From positions 25,840,161 to 25,904,160 of the forward strand of contig CM119266.1 in NCBI GenBank assembly GCA_051294375.1: a stretch of DNA of 64,000 nucleotides, in the 5' to 3' direction. Under the pieces are notes generated by a model. The model made no database searches and had not been told where the DNA came from. It saw only the letters and a list, made by a program, of their open reading frames with translations. Within the stretch, counting starts at the first letter, position 1; each line of letters opens with the position of its first letter. The position numbers were made by a program, and so were the translations under genes. Origin of the DNA: Paraspadella gotoi. Lineage: Eukaryota; Animalia; Chaetognatha. This document shows positions 47,737-61,383 of the stretch, piece by piece.

Positions 47737-48121
47737 TCTTCTTCCCCCCCTCGTGGGACGTGATTACCTCCTTTCAGCTTTTCGAGGTTTACTTACCTTA
47801 ATTCTTCGACTCTTTCTCCTTCGCTTTTAACTTACTTGTCTCTTCGCTTGGCTTGTCACTCGCTAACGTCACTCGAGTCCTTACACGAATTAGGCTTCAC
47901 TTCAATCACTTCACACTTTCGCAGCAACTCACTCTCGCTATCACTATTCACTACTGTCTTAAGTTGACGGTGTAAACGAATAAAGTGGTTTTTCTCACCA
48001 CAATAATTCAATAAACGGTCAAAAAATTTTGCGTCCGAATCCGTAGGCAATAATGACCTCTTTAGTAGCCTATTGTTAGAACATTTAAATATCTAAAAAA
48101 TTTATATAAATAACTTTACAG

Positions 48122-48273
48122 ATTTGACGGATCTATCGACTCGAGGCCGAGGACCCGGAAAGGACATCATCACCAGGTCCATCTGCACCATCTACTGCGG
48201 CATCTCCTGCAAGATTTGTGGCTCCGCCTGTTGGTTATTTTGGCCCGAAAAGTGGGGGAAATGCAAACACTGA
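48122..48273 (+). CDS. Orphan exon encoding a 6-Cys peptide (LTDLSTRGRGPGKDIITRSICTIYCGISCKICGSACWLFWPEKWGKCKH*)
   Basis: Acceptor aactttacag in phase 1, run of C/G-ending codons, stop TGA. Upstream exon not found. Confidence 0.4.
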
Positions 48274-48726
48274 GGCCTTGCCCTCTGATGCACTCATGCG
48301 CAATTACTTTGAAATCTGTTCAACAGCTTCTGTTGACTGTTGTCGTTTTCCTTTTTTAAAAATTTTAACCCATTAATTAAAATTATGACGAAAATGATTA
48401 ATTTTTCCAACCCTGACGAATATTTTAACTCGGAGATTTTAAGAAAATCAAATTAGGACCGAGGGGAAAAAAAATTCTTGTAATTTAATTTCGCTCAGGA
48501 ACTTTTCATCCTATTATTTTACACCGTTCTTTGTATTTTTATTATTTATATTAGTTAAACAAAAACTCTGATAGAAAAAAGGGACTTGAAACAAAGAATT
48601 CGTCAGAAATTGTTTTCTTTCACGCGAGAAAAACGTCGAGATTTTGGCACTTCTATTTTTGTTGTTGTTATTGTTGTTATTTTAAATTTTTGTTGACATC
48701 ATCTCTTTCGTCGGTTTCTTCGTCGA

Positions 48727-48757
<31 letters not shown>

Positions 48758-48758
48758 T

Positions 48759-48792
<34 letters not shown>

Positions 48793-49235
48793 AGAAGGAA
48801 CGATCAAAACCAATGACCCAAACGGAAAAAACTAATGACTTTCCAACATTCTAAGCCGCTCCACATTCCGCCGAGCAGTTTTTCTTAACCGCCCTCACCA
48901 AATCGAAAATGCTCATCTACAATTTTCAGTTTTTCACAGCATCTCAGAGTCGAGAGTCCAAAATACGGAAACAGATAAACGAAGGATTTCATGAAAAAAA
49001 AAATACCCGCTTCTACTAAGAGCGTTGCATCTCTACGCAATAAAAAAAACTGTTCATGGGCCCCGACTTTCGCCGGTCCTCCTTTAATCTTTTCTTTTGT
49101 TTCTATTCAACCAACGGTTTTCTTTCTTTCTTTCTCTCTCTCTCTCTCTCTCTCTCNNNNNNNNNNNNNNNNNNNNNNNNNNNNNNNNNNNNNNNNNNNN
49201 NNNNNNNNNNNNNNNNNNNNNNNNNNNNCTCTCTC

Positions 49236-49318
<83 letters not shown>

Positions 49319-49546
49319 CCTTCTCTTCTTCTCTGTCTTTCTCTCTCTTTTATTGGTTTACCCTTCAGTTTTCTTGTTTCCTCCTCCGGTTTTCCCTGCG
49401 CGAAAATTTCATTTTCCGCTAATGCCTTGTACACAGCTGGGCCACTTTGAACCACGGCTTTCATCTTCCAAATTCTCCGGGGACCATTTCAAAATTTGGC
49501 GCCGAGACATTTTTTCTCCTGGTCGCCCTTGCGTTTTCTGCGCTCG

Positions 49547-49582
<36 letters not shown>

Positions 49583-50417
49583 TTCTCATTCTCTCACCAT
49601 TACCTCCTCTTTCGGGAGCCTTTCTCTCACCACATCTCCGGTTTCTTGTTTCCATCTTTATCAAAAGAAAACAATTATTCCTCCCTCGTTTTATGAGAGA
49701 GAGAGAGAGAGAGAGACAGAGAGAGAGAGACTGACAGACAAAAAGATACACAAACAAATACCTCCCATACATAACCGAGTCCGTAGGCATAGTGGCAAAC
49801 GAAAAAAAAAGGTAGTCCAGTACCAAGCAATACCAAGCAATGCGACTCTATGCCACGCAACGTTACGCAACGTCATATCAAGCAGGGCATGGCATGTTGA
49901 AAAAAAAAATAGAATCGAATTTCGATGGGGGACGAAAAAATTAGGAGCCCGCATTGAGTCCCGTTGAAGATCGGATAAAGAAAAAAAAGGAATAAGAAAG
50001 AAAGAGAAAAAGGAAAAGATGTAAAGAAAAAGTAAAAATAAAAAGAGAAATAGATAAAATGTTTCCAACTCTTACCTTACATTCACTTACCTTCCATCAG
50101 GGAAAGAAAGTAGGTTTCCTTAGTTTCCTTAGTCGATAAAAAAATAAATATTGCAGGTTGAAAACCTTTTTTCTAGCCTCATATTTAGGGATTGCTTTTA
50201 CCAAAAAAAAAATATATTCCTAAAATTCGTCTAAATTCGAAAATCTCCGAGTCAATTTACGACTCTGAAAGGAAGAAAGAAATTAAATAAGGCGTAAAAT
50301 GGAAGAGAAAAAAAAGAAGAGACAGAGAAATGTGAGAAAAAAAGAAAAGAATAGAACAGAGGAAGGAAAAAGAAAAGGTTAAAACCGGATTAAGGAATGG
50401 CTCGGTTTCTTCTCTCT

Positions 50418-50481
<64 letters not shown>

Positions 50482-50746
50482 TCTCGCTCTCGCCTTTAAA
50501 TGACGCGAGATTGGATGGGATTGAGAGAGAAAGGAAACGATGATTGAAGAGAGTGTGATTGGAAAAAGGGACTGATTGGAGATAGAGTTCTTTTGGCTGG
50601 TAAGACGAGTGGGGTGTTGGATTGAGAAATGAGTAAATCTATGGGTTGAGTAACGTAGTAACCTTTGAATATGGGATAAGTCAAAAAATGGATCCGGAAA
50701 CGTGGAAAGAGCCTATCGCAAAAAACAGTTATCATCGAAGAGAGAG

Positions 50747-50800
<54 letters not shown>

Positions 50801-51384
50801 GACAGTTTTGAGTAAGGCCCCCTTTTCTTCTCATTGTGCCCATGGGAAAATCAAGTTCAGCCCCTGGAGCAGAACTCCCTCTCGGTCGGCTGAGAAACCG
50901 GCCAAGATGACGACCCTGATGACGACCAAGACGAGTACGACAAACGACAAAAACTCGAAGTGTGAAAACGCTTAGGACGACGAAAACGACCACAAAATTA
51001 ATGATTACAACGACTGAAACGACGACGAAGACAGAAAGGATGATAACAACGATAACGAAGACGACAGCTATGACCCCTTTCAAGCGACTGACGCGGACGT
51101 CGCGAACTCCATTTATTCCGTCCACTTCCGCGAGATGTCGCTCTTGTCTTCGATGACGATTTCTCGATTTTTCTGCCTCATAGAAAAAAAACGAGGCACG
51201 ACGAATGGTTTGCTTGTATTGTACAGACGAAAAAAATAGATCTAGTTATACCTAAATTAACTTTAATTGAAATTTAACTCTGAGAGATCTAAGAGATAGG
51301 TAATTGAAGGAATGACGATCTCTCAAAAACCCTAAATTTCTTATCAGTCCGCATCCAGTTTAAGTGAAATTAGCTTTTCCAATA

Positions 51385-52304
51385 CCATGATGGAAAAAAA
51401 ATTGTCGCGGTTACTTTCCAGCTATTTTTCGGCATTTTAATGTCAGAATCGAAAAATAAAACTTACATATCGAGAAATTGTAGCCTTTTGTGATTCATAT
51501 GAGCTGTGTCTCTTTTATGTACGATAAAAAATACAAGAGTTCCATGCATAAGAAAATCAGTTGTCCAAAAAAATGTTTCCTTCTTTTTTATCTTTTTTCA
51601 TATCTACACTTTTCATTTATACTAATTTCCGGTTCTTTTTTATTACTTTTTGAGTTATACCGTTACTATTAAAAATTCCTGCCTTTTCTCAGTCTTATGT
51701 CAAATAGTTATTGCATCATTTCCATTAGGATAGATTCAAGGATGAATCTTAATTCATATATAAAAAAATAGCGGCATTAAAAATATATTAATGCTGTAGA
51801 TTCTCCAGAATATTCTTTTTATATTGTAAAGTAACGGGTAACCTTTCTATGAGCAAAGTTATCATTTTTATTTACCTCTGGATGTATTATCAGAACCAAA
51901 TATCAAACAAGTCCCAAAAAAAAAATCAAGTCATCATAAAATGCATCATCACATTATGCAACAACAACTCAAGCCTGGTTTACTTTATAGGGGATCAATC
52001 TTTTTCACTTCTGGCTAAGGACCATTTTTTGCCCGAAATCTGATAAAAAATATTATGTCAGAGATATAATATTAACAATAATGTGAGTAATCCTCTTTTC
52101 AAAAAGAGGTGAAAACAGTTGGAGACAACCTCTTTTAGAAGTATTTGAATTCATTAAATAATTTTATGCTGTTGAGAAATAATCTTTTTATTCAGTCCTA
52201 GGGAGGTCATATTACATATTAAAACCTATTTACCGACCAAAAAATATATTAGACAATGAAATTAACTGACTTTTCCAAACCGCGACAATTTTTTTCCATC
52301 ATGG
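51385..52304. mobile_element. MITE / non-autonomous Tc1/mariner-type element, ~28-bp TIRs, TA duplication
   Basis: TA|CCATGATGGAAAAAAAATTGTCGCGGTT ... AACCGCGACAATTTTTTTCCATCATGG|TA, with an AT-rich non-coding interior. Confidence 0.8.
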
Positions 52305-52639
52305 TAGGATAATAAAAACAGCTTATTTTAGTGATAAAGGTGAATCATGATCAATTCCACATAATACGTTAAAGTAAGCGACAGGAATGTATTTACAATG
52401 ACACATTTAATGAGATTTTAAACAAATTTACGTCTTTAGTAGTTCTATTTCTTTCGATCCCAATATGACAAAGAGTTAATAATTAATTCGAGAAGATTTT
52501 TGGCAGGGGAAAGATGCCAGTGCAAAAGATGAGGATGCCGCGGCGAAGACGCAGCACCTAGGCTGCCGCAGCATCGACGCGACGGTGTCGCAGCGCAGAC
52601 GCCGCAGAGCGTGGTCAAACCCCCCAGCCCACCATATGG

Positions 52640-53140
52640 TCACTTCTTGACATCCTCCTTGTCCAGCAGCGAGCCCAGCGTCGTCCCGTCCAACGAGTCC
52701 TGCAACAGATATTTCTGTTCGTCGTCGTCGTCGTCGCTCTCTTCGTCGCTGCTCCAGACGTCGTTGTCGTCGTCGTCGAGCTCCGCCTGGCAGCAGCACC
52801 TGTAGCAGACGACGAGAAAGATGATGACGATCGCGATGACGACGACGACGATAAAGGGGACGCTGATATCGCGGACGCTGAGTTCGTCTTCCGGCTCTTC
52901 GGACAATCGTGTCGCGTTGGCGTCGGCGTCGGCGTCGGCGTCTCTTTTGGCGGCGACGAAGGATCCGACGTTAGGGGGCAGAGCGATCGAGATGGCGACG
53001 TCGTCGTTGTCGTCGATGCCTGGTAGGCGTGGCGCCGTCTTGGGGGAGCGATGAACGACGAAAGAGGAGGAAGGGAGGAAGAGGGAGAGGAGGAGGAGGA
53101 GTGAGAGAGAGATGAGGCCGGAGAGAGTCGGTCGCCGCAT
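52640..53140 (-). CDS. 166 aa type I membrane protein, unknown family
   Basis: Signal peptide (LISLSLLLLLSLFLPSSSF), NAT sequon, TM VPFIVVVVIAIVIIFLVV, CYRCCC cluster, acidic tail; aacaATG context. Confidence 0.8.
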   Translation of the reverse strand: MRRPTLSGLISLSLLLLLSLFLPSSSFVVHRSPKTAPRLPGIDDNDDVAISIALPPNVGSFVAAKRDADADADANATRLSEEPEDELSVRDISVPFIVVVVIAIVIIFLVVCYRCCCQAELDDDDNDVWSSDEESDDDDDEQKYLLQDSLDGTTLGSLLDKEDVKK

Positions 53141-53907
53141 TGTTTCAAGGAATTTTTTCTTTGTTGTTGAATTCTTCGTTGTTTCGATGTTTCAGTGGAG
53201 ATTTTGAATAGATTTTTTTTTAAATGATGATTGATTTTTGATTATTTAATGATTATTTAGTAAATAATTCTCCAGTTGCGGATGATCGCGGCTTTGAAAT
53301 TTAACATCGGCCGTCAATCGAATCCGTCGGAAAGTCCATGCAATTCAAAAGCGATGTTTGACACAATCTGAAAAAAAAGTAATGGCGATTAATATTTATT
53401 TCTATCTTCGTTAATGGTTTGAAATAAAGATAACGACTCAAAAATTCATTAAAAGGAAGGAATTCAAATTTCAAAATTTTAAAAATAAATTAAATGGAAC
53501 GACGATTTGCATCTTAAGAGTTGAATGTTAATGATTTTTGTTTTTCTAATAAAGTAGCGTTAGTTTTAAATACAACTAATTTTAGTTTAGCAAAATTCGC
53601 GACGTTTCATTCTGAAAAATCGTCTCGCCAAAAAAAAAAAAAATAATTCGCGTAGATTTTCAAGGGCATCCGAGAACCGGATGATGACATCGACGAAAAT
53701 GAAGACGATGACGACGACGAAAACGACGACGACGTAGATTTTCAAGGCGAAGGTCAACCATGGCTCGACTCCGAGATACAAGAAAACGAGTTTCTAAAAA
53801 GCGTGATTTTTCAAATGGGAACTCCTTTAATGGAGGAATGAAATTTCGACAAAAAAAACTGGTTTTTATTTCTGCAGAATTTGGCAGTTCAAGTTTTGAG
53901 AGGGAAG

Positions 53908-53942
<35 letters not shown>

Positions 53943-53961
53943 AGAGAGAGAGGAGAGAGAG

Positions 53962-53997
<36 letters not shown>

Positions 53998-55172
53998 TTG
54001 AAAAATTAGAGACCTTGATAATGAAAAACAGGTTGCGAAAATTGAGTTACGAAAATGGATTTGGGAGGCTTTGCTCATCAGCAAACCGTCCATTCGCCTT
54101 TCAAAATGTCCAGTTCCAGTGAAAAGGCGTTTTCTGACGTCTGCGATGGGCTTTTTTCACTTAAGTGAAAGTGCGATAAAGCATTAAGATTAAGATAATT
54201 AAAATTAGGATGCACACTTGAAAATAAATGACCCACCAAAATAAAAGACATGGACATGGACAAGGACAAGGACATGGACAAGGTCTTCTCCAATCTTAAA
54301 TTCCATCGACCCCCGCCATGTGCACTGACTGAAATTTTCAAAGAGGTTATTCAAGAAAAAGTCATGATTAATCACTTACCAATATGTACGTTTCTTTCTT
54401 ATATCTTTCTTTCTAGCTTTTCGAAAACCTGTAATGGTATTACTTAAAAACTTAACCTTGAAAAGATACCGCAACAGTTCTTCACGATGTATCTTTTCAA
54501 TTTTCCCGGCGACATCGACTCAATCACAAAATGTTTTCAAAAAATTTAAGTAAAGCCATAAGGACATACTAATTTTATGAATGAAAAGCCATAAGATTTT
54601 AAGTAGTGGTCCGTATCATATTAAATATAACCAACTTTAGTTATGATATTTCAACAACGCCTTAATTAAGAGCACCGATGACTGCAATGATGTTTTAATA
54701 ATTAAGGCTTTCAAGAAACTAATTTTATCTGCAAGTCCCGGGTTCGATCCCCAAGGGCAACTAAAAAAAACCGAGCTTGTAACTTGGCTTATTTCTTCAA
54801 TTCGCTTCTTTCTCTTTTCTTTTCAAAAATAATTTTCTCTAAAAATCCAAGAATGAATTTCGAAATTTCGATCTTGAACTTGAAAAATTGAAAAGTTGTC
54901 AGTCGACATTTCGTCCTCGCGATCCAAGGATTCTACGGGGCCACTTAATTCAAGACTAGACTATCGGCCGCTTTAATAATTATTATTAAAGTCATTTCTT
55001 TAAATATTTGAATGGTTAGTAAGAAAAAAATGAATAACAGATGGGTAAAATAATGTGTATTTGACAGTTATTTATTACAATTTATAATCATTTCCATTAA
55101 ACAATATTTATTCATAATAAAGCTATAAAATAGAGTTCGCAAACGCCCCTCTTTTGTTTTTGTTTTTTTTTA

Positions 55173-56641
55173 TCAAATCGGCGGCAGTGCAAATTCTCTC
55201 CTGAACGGCGCCATGGTCGGCGACGGAGGCGGCGCCGCCAACTCGGCGTCGACCGCCTCCAATTGCGCCCTCAGAGACTCCAGCTTGGCCAATGACGCCG
55301 GAGCCTGCGGGGGATCCGATGGGGGCAGCACCGGCGCTACGGGATAGGACGACGCCGTCAAGGGCTCTGGCATCGACCCCGAGGTCGCCGCGAATCTCAC
55401 TGTCGCCGTCTTGGGTTTCGCCCCCTTTTCTTTCGCCGACAGAGCCGGCGTCTTAATGACGCTGCCGACGCCGACATCGTCTCCGGCGCCACCGGGATCC
55501 ACGCCGTTGCGTTTGCTTTGGACGCCGTCGTTGTTGATGTTCGTGTTGTTGTTGTTGTTGCTGTTCCTGTTGCTGCTACTCTTTCTAGTGACGCTGGAAT
55601 CCTGGGACTCAATCGTTCTCCGATTTCGTTCGATGTCCACAAACGAAGGATCTAAGTTCTCGTTGAAACAGGCTGCGCCGCCGCCGCCGCCGCCGCCTCC
55701 GCCTCCGCCGCCGCAACACTGCAGCGCGAACCATTTATTTCATCTCCAAACACTCTTCTCACACTTTTCCGCACCGTCTAAACTTACCGCTTGGTCCAGG
55801 TCGACCCCCTTAACGCCCGCCAGTTTGGTGAGTTGATCCCTCATCGCCAAATTCTGATCGAAGAGCTCGTCGCGCAGCCGCCGGATTTCCGCCTGCTGCT
55901 GCAGCACCACCGACCGCACAGTCGCGATCTCCGTCTCCGAAGCCTCCAGGGCGTCTGAGTTAGGAGGAAGAGGAAGAGGGAGTGGACGTCGTCGTCGTCG
56001 TCGTCGAAGTTACATTCGTTTTGTCTTTATGATTCATCGTCGTTCATACGATTAAAAAAAATTGTTTTTGATTCTTCAAACGGTTCCACCAAATACTACT
56101 ATTTAAAGAAATTCAGGATAATCAAATTAGAAACAGAGTTACTATGTAACGTTCCGCACATTGTAAGGATTTTAAATCGAAACTAAATTGTATCTTTGAA
56201 TCGAGTCTTGTGTTTATCTAGGAACAGTTGCGGTCGAAGCAGCTGTCTTTATTTGCGGAAGGCAATAGATGAGGGAGTGTAGAGGGATTTTTTTTTTTTG
56301 GGGGGGGGAGTGGAGGTGGGTTGGGGGGGGGAAGTCGTTTCAAAGAATTTACTCGGGAGAAAAAGGGAGACAGTAAAGCCCTTTAAAAAGTTTGCGCTAG
56401 GTTGGGACTAAACAAAACCAAGTAAAAAGAAAAATGTGGCCCAAGCTGAGACAACGATTACCACAGCGACGACGACGACGAGTACGACGACGACGACGAC
56501 AGCAAAACCTCGACGCCTTGTTTAAATCTTTCAGTGACACGGAAAAGAGACTATGAGGCAATCAAGTTTGCTTCCAGAAATGGAGGGAGACAGGGACAAA
56601 GGAGAGTAAGAGAGAGAGAGAGACGGAAAACCTCTCTCTCG

Positions 56642-56716
<75 letters not shown>

Positions 56717-59291
56717 TCGAGGCCACGAGACGCCAGATGCGCCTCCGTCACCGCGATATCGACTCAAACCGGAAGAAGATTAGCGTCGGGAGAGGGCGGG
56801 GCGACGAGGGGTCGTTCGGGAGTAGGGAAAGAAAGAGGAGAAGGAGGCCTGATGACGTTGAGCGGGGAAACGAAAAAGGATTGAGTTTGTTTAGGAAGAA
56901 ACGCAGCGGAAACATCGGGGGCTTTCAAATAGAAATTCTAAGATTGCCTCGCGTGGCAGAACGTGGCAGAACGTGGCGAAACGTGGCGGAAGAGGGCAGA
57001 AACAGGCGAAACGGGGAATATCTTGGGAAAGCGTAGCAAAAATTTCGCAGAGAGTGTCGAGTAGCTCGCGAAAAACGCGAAAGAATCGAGACTAAAAGCC
57101 AAATATCCTAATTCCGTTGCCATGGAAACCAAAGAAAGATTTACTACAAGTTTGACTCTGATTGCAATCTTCAGAACTTGAGAAAAATAAAACAGTTCGT
57201 GAAATAAAGAATCCAAGCAAACAACTTGGCTTCCAATAAAAGGATTACTAATAAATAAATAAATACTAATAACTGCCGGAGGTGTTTTTGCTTTAATTTA
57301 CGACATTGAGGATTGTCAATGACAGTCAATGATACAATCAATGATGCGGTATTGACTTAGTGCCAGTTAGTGGCATCCGAAGTTGCGTTGTGCGGCGATG
57401 AAAAGAAAAAGAAATGACTACTTGCACACACATAAAAAGAAATATAATACCTTTCATCAATACATCAAACGCGCGTTGTTCGTCACAAAAAAAAACCGAT
57501 GTAACCGAACACACAAAGACACAGTTACAATTGAAAGGAAATGTAAAAATGGCGTCGAGGTCGAGAGAAGTCAAGACTCGAAGAAAAGAGATCGAATTCC
57601 GATCGCGGGTCAACGAATAAAGAACAAGAAAAAATAAAATACTACTCTATTTTCTATTTAAAGAGAGAGAGAGAGAGAAAAAAGGAAATATACAAAAAGA
57701 GAGAAAAAAAAAGAGAAGAAAAATCTACAAAATCGAGAGAGGGAGTTAAACAAATTCATTCTGATGTCAAATTCGCGCCCTCTCACATTTTTCTTCGTGT
57801 CCCAACATCCTCCTTTATTAAAATGACAATCCGATACACAAAACCCATTTCCTTCAATTCCGGATTCGTTCTCTAACGACGCGAAGAATTTAAACTCTTT
57901 TTTTTTATAGATATCAAGAAGACCTTGAGATGTCAATTGTCTCTGTTTACTTACCAAAAACTCATTCTCTCCCCAATCAACTGAGAACTTGGACCTCCTT
58001 TGCCTTTGCCCATTCCTTCCGCCATCCCCCCCCCGCCCCTCAAACCGGCGCAAATATCCGGCGGCCGGTTCTTCGAGTTGAATCCCATGAGGATCTCGAG
58101 GTCGTGCGTCTCGGCGCGCGCCATCTTGAGGTCGTGACGAAGATCGTTGACCTCCTTGATCAAGAGGACGTTCTGGTGCATGATGCGCACGTTGTCCGCC
58201 TTCTGCATCTTCGAGTCTTTGGCCAATTTGCGGGACCTCACCGCCATGGTGCTAGAGAATGGGGACGAATAGCGAAAAGTCTCGGTATAAACTAAAATTA
58301 CAAGTTTGCTGCGTTTTACTATCTCATAAGAGACACGAAGGCCTCGCCCTACCATGAAGTAACTAAGTATGGAACACGAAGAGAAAAAAATATTCAACAT
58401 TAACGAAAACTGTGACTGAGAATTAAAATTCTTCGTGATTAATTTTCCGATCGACGGATAAGCCCTTCGATTTTCATTCCACAATAGCGATTATCCAATA
58501 TCCATACGGTTTCCCTCTCGCGATTTCTCCCACGATAGCTGGATTGAAAAAGCTTGATCGTAAAAAGCTTGATGGCCTCACTTCCAAATGCTTCCGCTGC
58601 CGTTGAAACTCGGCCAAGAGGACGTCGCCCCTGCGTCTTCCCGCCGCCCATGTCTACGACGTCCTCGCAGTATTTGTTGTGAAGGGCGCGGACTGAGGGC
58701 GGGGGATAGGGGAGCGGGTTTAGCGTTGAGGGTTCCGGTGAAGATTGAGAAAAGAAAGTCAACCAGAAATGAGCGATTTTTTTGCATCTCGAGTCATTCT
58801 CATGTTCTGCCTTTGTATGCCTTTCTCTCGAAGTTTCTGCATTGTCTTTTCGTATTTAAACTATTAACGTCTCATTTAAACCTATATAATCTCAATTCGA
58901 TTCATTTTTTCTCATTTCATCTTATGTCATTATATCTCATAAGAAATAATTACGTTTTGCTACATCTTATTTTATTTTGATTAATTCTATTTTAATTCTT
59001 TTTTTATATAATTTCATTTCATCTCATCTATTTTCATTTCATATATATCGTATCATTTTATATCATATCATATCGTATCATATCCTTTTATATTATCTCA
59101 TCTCACCCCCTTTCCCTCCATCTCATCTTCCTCGTCAACTAGTCTCATCTAATTCTTACTCGGAAGCTCGAATCTCTTCTTCGGTCCGACGACCTCGATT
59201 GCGGAGGAGAAGGAATCAAAACAAAACAAGAGGGAAACAAAGCTAACAAACAAACTAAAATAAGAAATCGGGAGCGGGAGAGAGAGAAAGA

Positions 59292-59343
<52 letters not shown>

Positions 59344-60288
59344 AGAGAAGAAGAGAGAGAGAGAGAGAGAGAGAGAAGAGCCCGACTGACAAAATGCGGC
59401 CTTATTTATTTATTCCGTCAACCGCCTAACACTCCCTACTTCACCATTCCCCGATAGGGCCAATACCCATCCTTCGCTTCCCCCACAGCTGTGCAATTGC
59501 ACTACCCATTTTGTAGGCGCCACTCTCCCAACCACTCTCCCCACCACTCTCCCCAACCACTCTCCAACCCCCATCCTCCGCAAACCCGAGTCCTTGAGTT
59601 CCTTCGAGTCTTGAATGAGTCCCGACGTTTTGTAAATGTCTTCCTTGATTCGTTTCAACATCGTGTGTTTCTCACGCAGCTTGGCGTTGCATCGGTCCAT
59701 CTGCGGCCCGAAAACAAAAACAAAAGATACAACGAAAAAAAAAAACCAAAATAAAACAAGAGACGAGGTAAACGAATTTCCTGAGAATTATTTCGTCGAG
59801 AAGAGAGTGATAAAAAAGTTTGTCGACGAGAAAATTAATTAATCGCTTTCGCGCGCAGAGAGTAAGTGCTCATTTCTCTTTCTCATCCACTTACCGGACC
59901 CTTTTTTCCTCACCTCCCTGTCCTTGGTGCCCACGTTCTGCCGCATGGACTTGATGTTGAGGCTGAGCAGACGATTCTGGAGGCTGATCTGTCCCAGTTC
60001 TCCCTCCATGTCCTCGATCTCTTTGTTCTTCATCTTTATCTCTCTCTCTTTCGGTTCGATCTGCTTCTTCAACTCTTTGATCTTGTAATCCAACACAAAC
60101 TTGAATTTCTCCAACTCTTGGGTTTTGCTCTTCAGATCGTAGATTCTGAAAAAAAAAGACAGAGAGAGAGAGAGGGAGAGAGAGAGAGATTTGTAGCATT
60201 GACTGCGTGAGATGAAGAAGTTCTCACGGTTATTCGATTTGAATAAAAAGGTAATTCCTTCTTTCCCTCCCTTTTGTTTCATTCCTTT

Positions 60289-60322
<34 letters not shown>

Positions 60323-60507
60323 ACTCCTTTCGTTCTATCGTTCTCTCCTTTGCCTTTATCTATCTTTCTCTCCTCTCCTTTTTTTCTCTATCCTTTTTTC
60401 ATTACTCTTTCTTTTTAAATTTCTTCTTTTTCTTTTTTTTTATCCCTTCATCCTCCCTAAGTTCCCTGGCGAGTGACGGATGATCGGTATAACGACGAAA
60501 AAAAAGT

Positions 60508-60538
<31 letters not shown>

Positions 60539-61306
60539 AGAAGAGAGAGAGAAGAGAGAGAGAGAGGGAGAGAGAGAGAGAGAGAGAGCAGTAGGACGCT
60601 CTCTATTCTTCTGTAGCGATCTACAGTTTGTTACTGTTATCTCCCGGGTGATAAAAACTTCGTAAGATCACAACTTAGTGTCACGTACAGCAGCTAACGA
60701 ATCAGCATACGGAAAAAACATCACCAAGATCGACCCCCTGAGTGAGAGGATTCACGATATAAACATCACAGGTTTTCCTTTGCCCAAGCGCATGATACAA
60801 TCCACTATTCTACTAAGAAAAATCTCTGACACAGTGGCCATCTACGGGATGCGGACGCCAGCTCGACGAAAGGGATGATAAAAAATCCATTGTGGCCATT
60901 TGGCTCGCGACGCTATTGTCTTTCGCGGGATAATGACAAGGGCGTCTTTTCGCGCGGAACGATCGAAGAGGGTAGGGGGGCGTTGGCTAGAGGAGACCGG
61001 AAGAGCAGGGGGGGGAAGTTAGCGAACTTTTAAAAGATACGTGTTACTCTGGGATTTTAACGGTAACGGCGCTTGTGATATAGCGCTGCATTATCACCGG
61101 AGTAGCGAGGTTTGTGCATACGCTTCTTAAAGTCTTTCGGACGGGAGGGGACTTTCTGAAGCAATCAAGACCGACGACGACGACGACAGAGCGACGACAA
61201 CTACGAACGGTAAACCTTAGCTACTAGCGTCGAGGGAATCCTAAAGCATAGCTTTATCGCCCGTCGATTCGCAACGAGAGAAAAGAGAAAATGATATCTG
61301 GTTGGT

Positions 61307-61383
<77 letters not shown>

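Noticed and set aside
52615-53148. 177 aa overlapping Ser/Thr-rich ORF
   Set aside because: Alternative frame; the 166 aa frame has a coherent signal peptide and TM topology.
54733-54752. tRNA T-arm/B-box-like GTCCCGGGTTCGATCCCC (similar on the minus strand at ~29700-29718)
   Set aside because: No A-box or cloverleaf could be folded; at most SINE remnants.
59891-59895. Donor G|gtaagt as the end of the CFAP57 exon
   Set aside because: Wrong phase; the donor at 59914 gives an in-frame, homology-consistent junction.
60678-60878. 66 aa + strand ORF in a CFAP57 intron
   Set aside because: Non-ATG start, no recognisable motif and no convincing splice sites.
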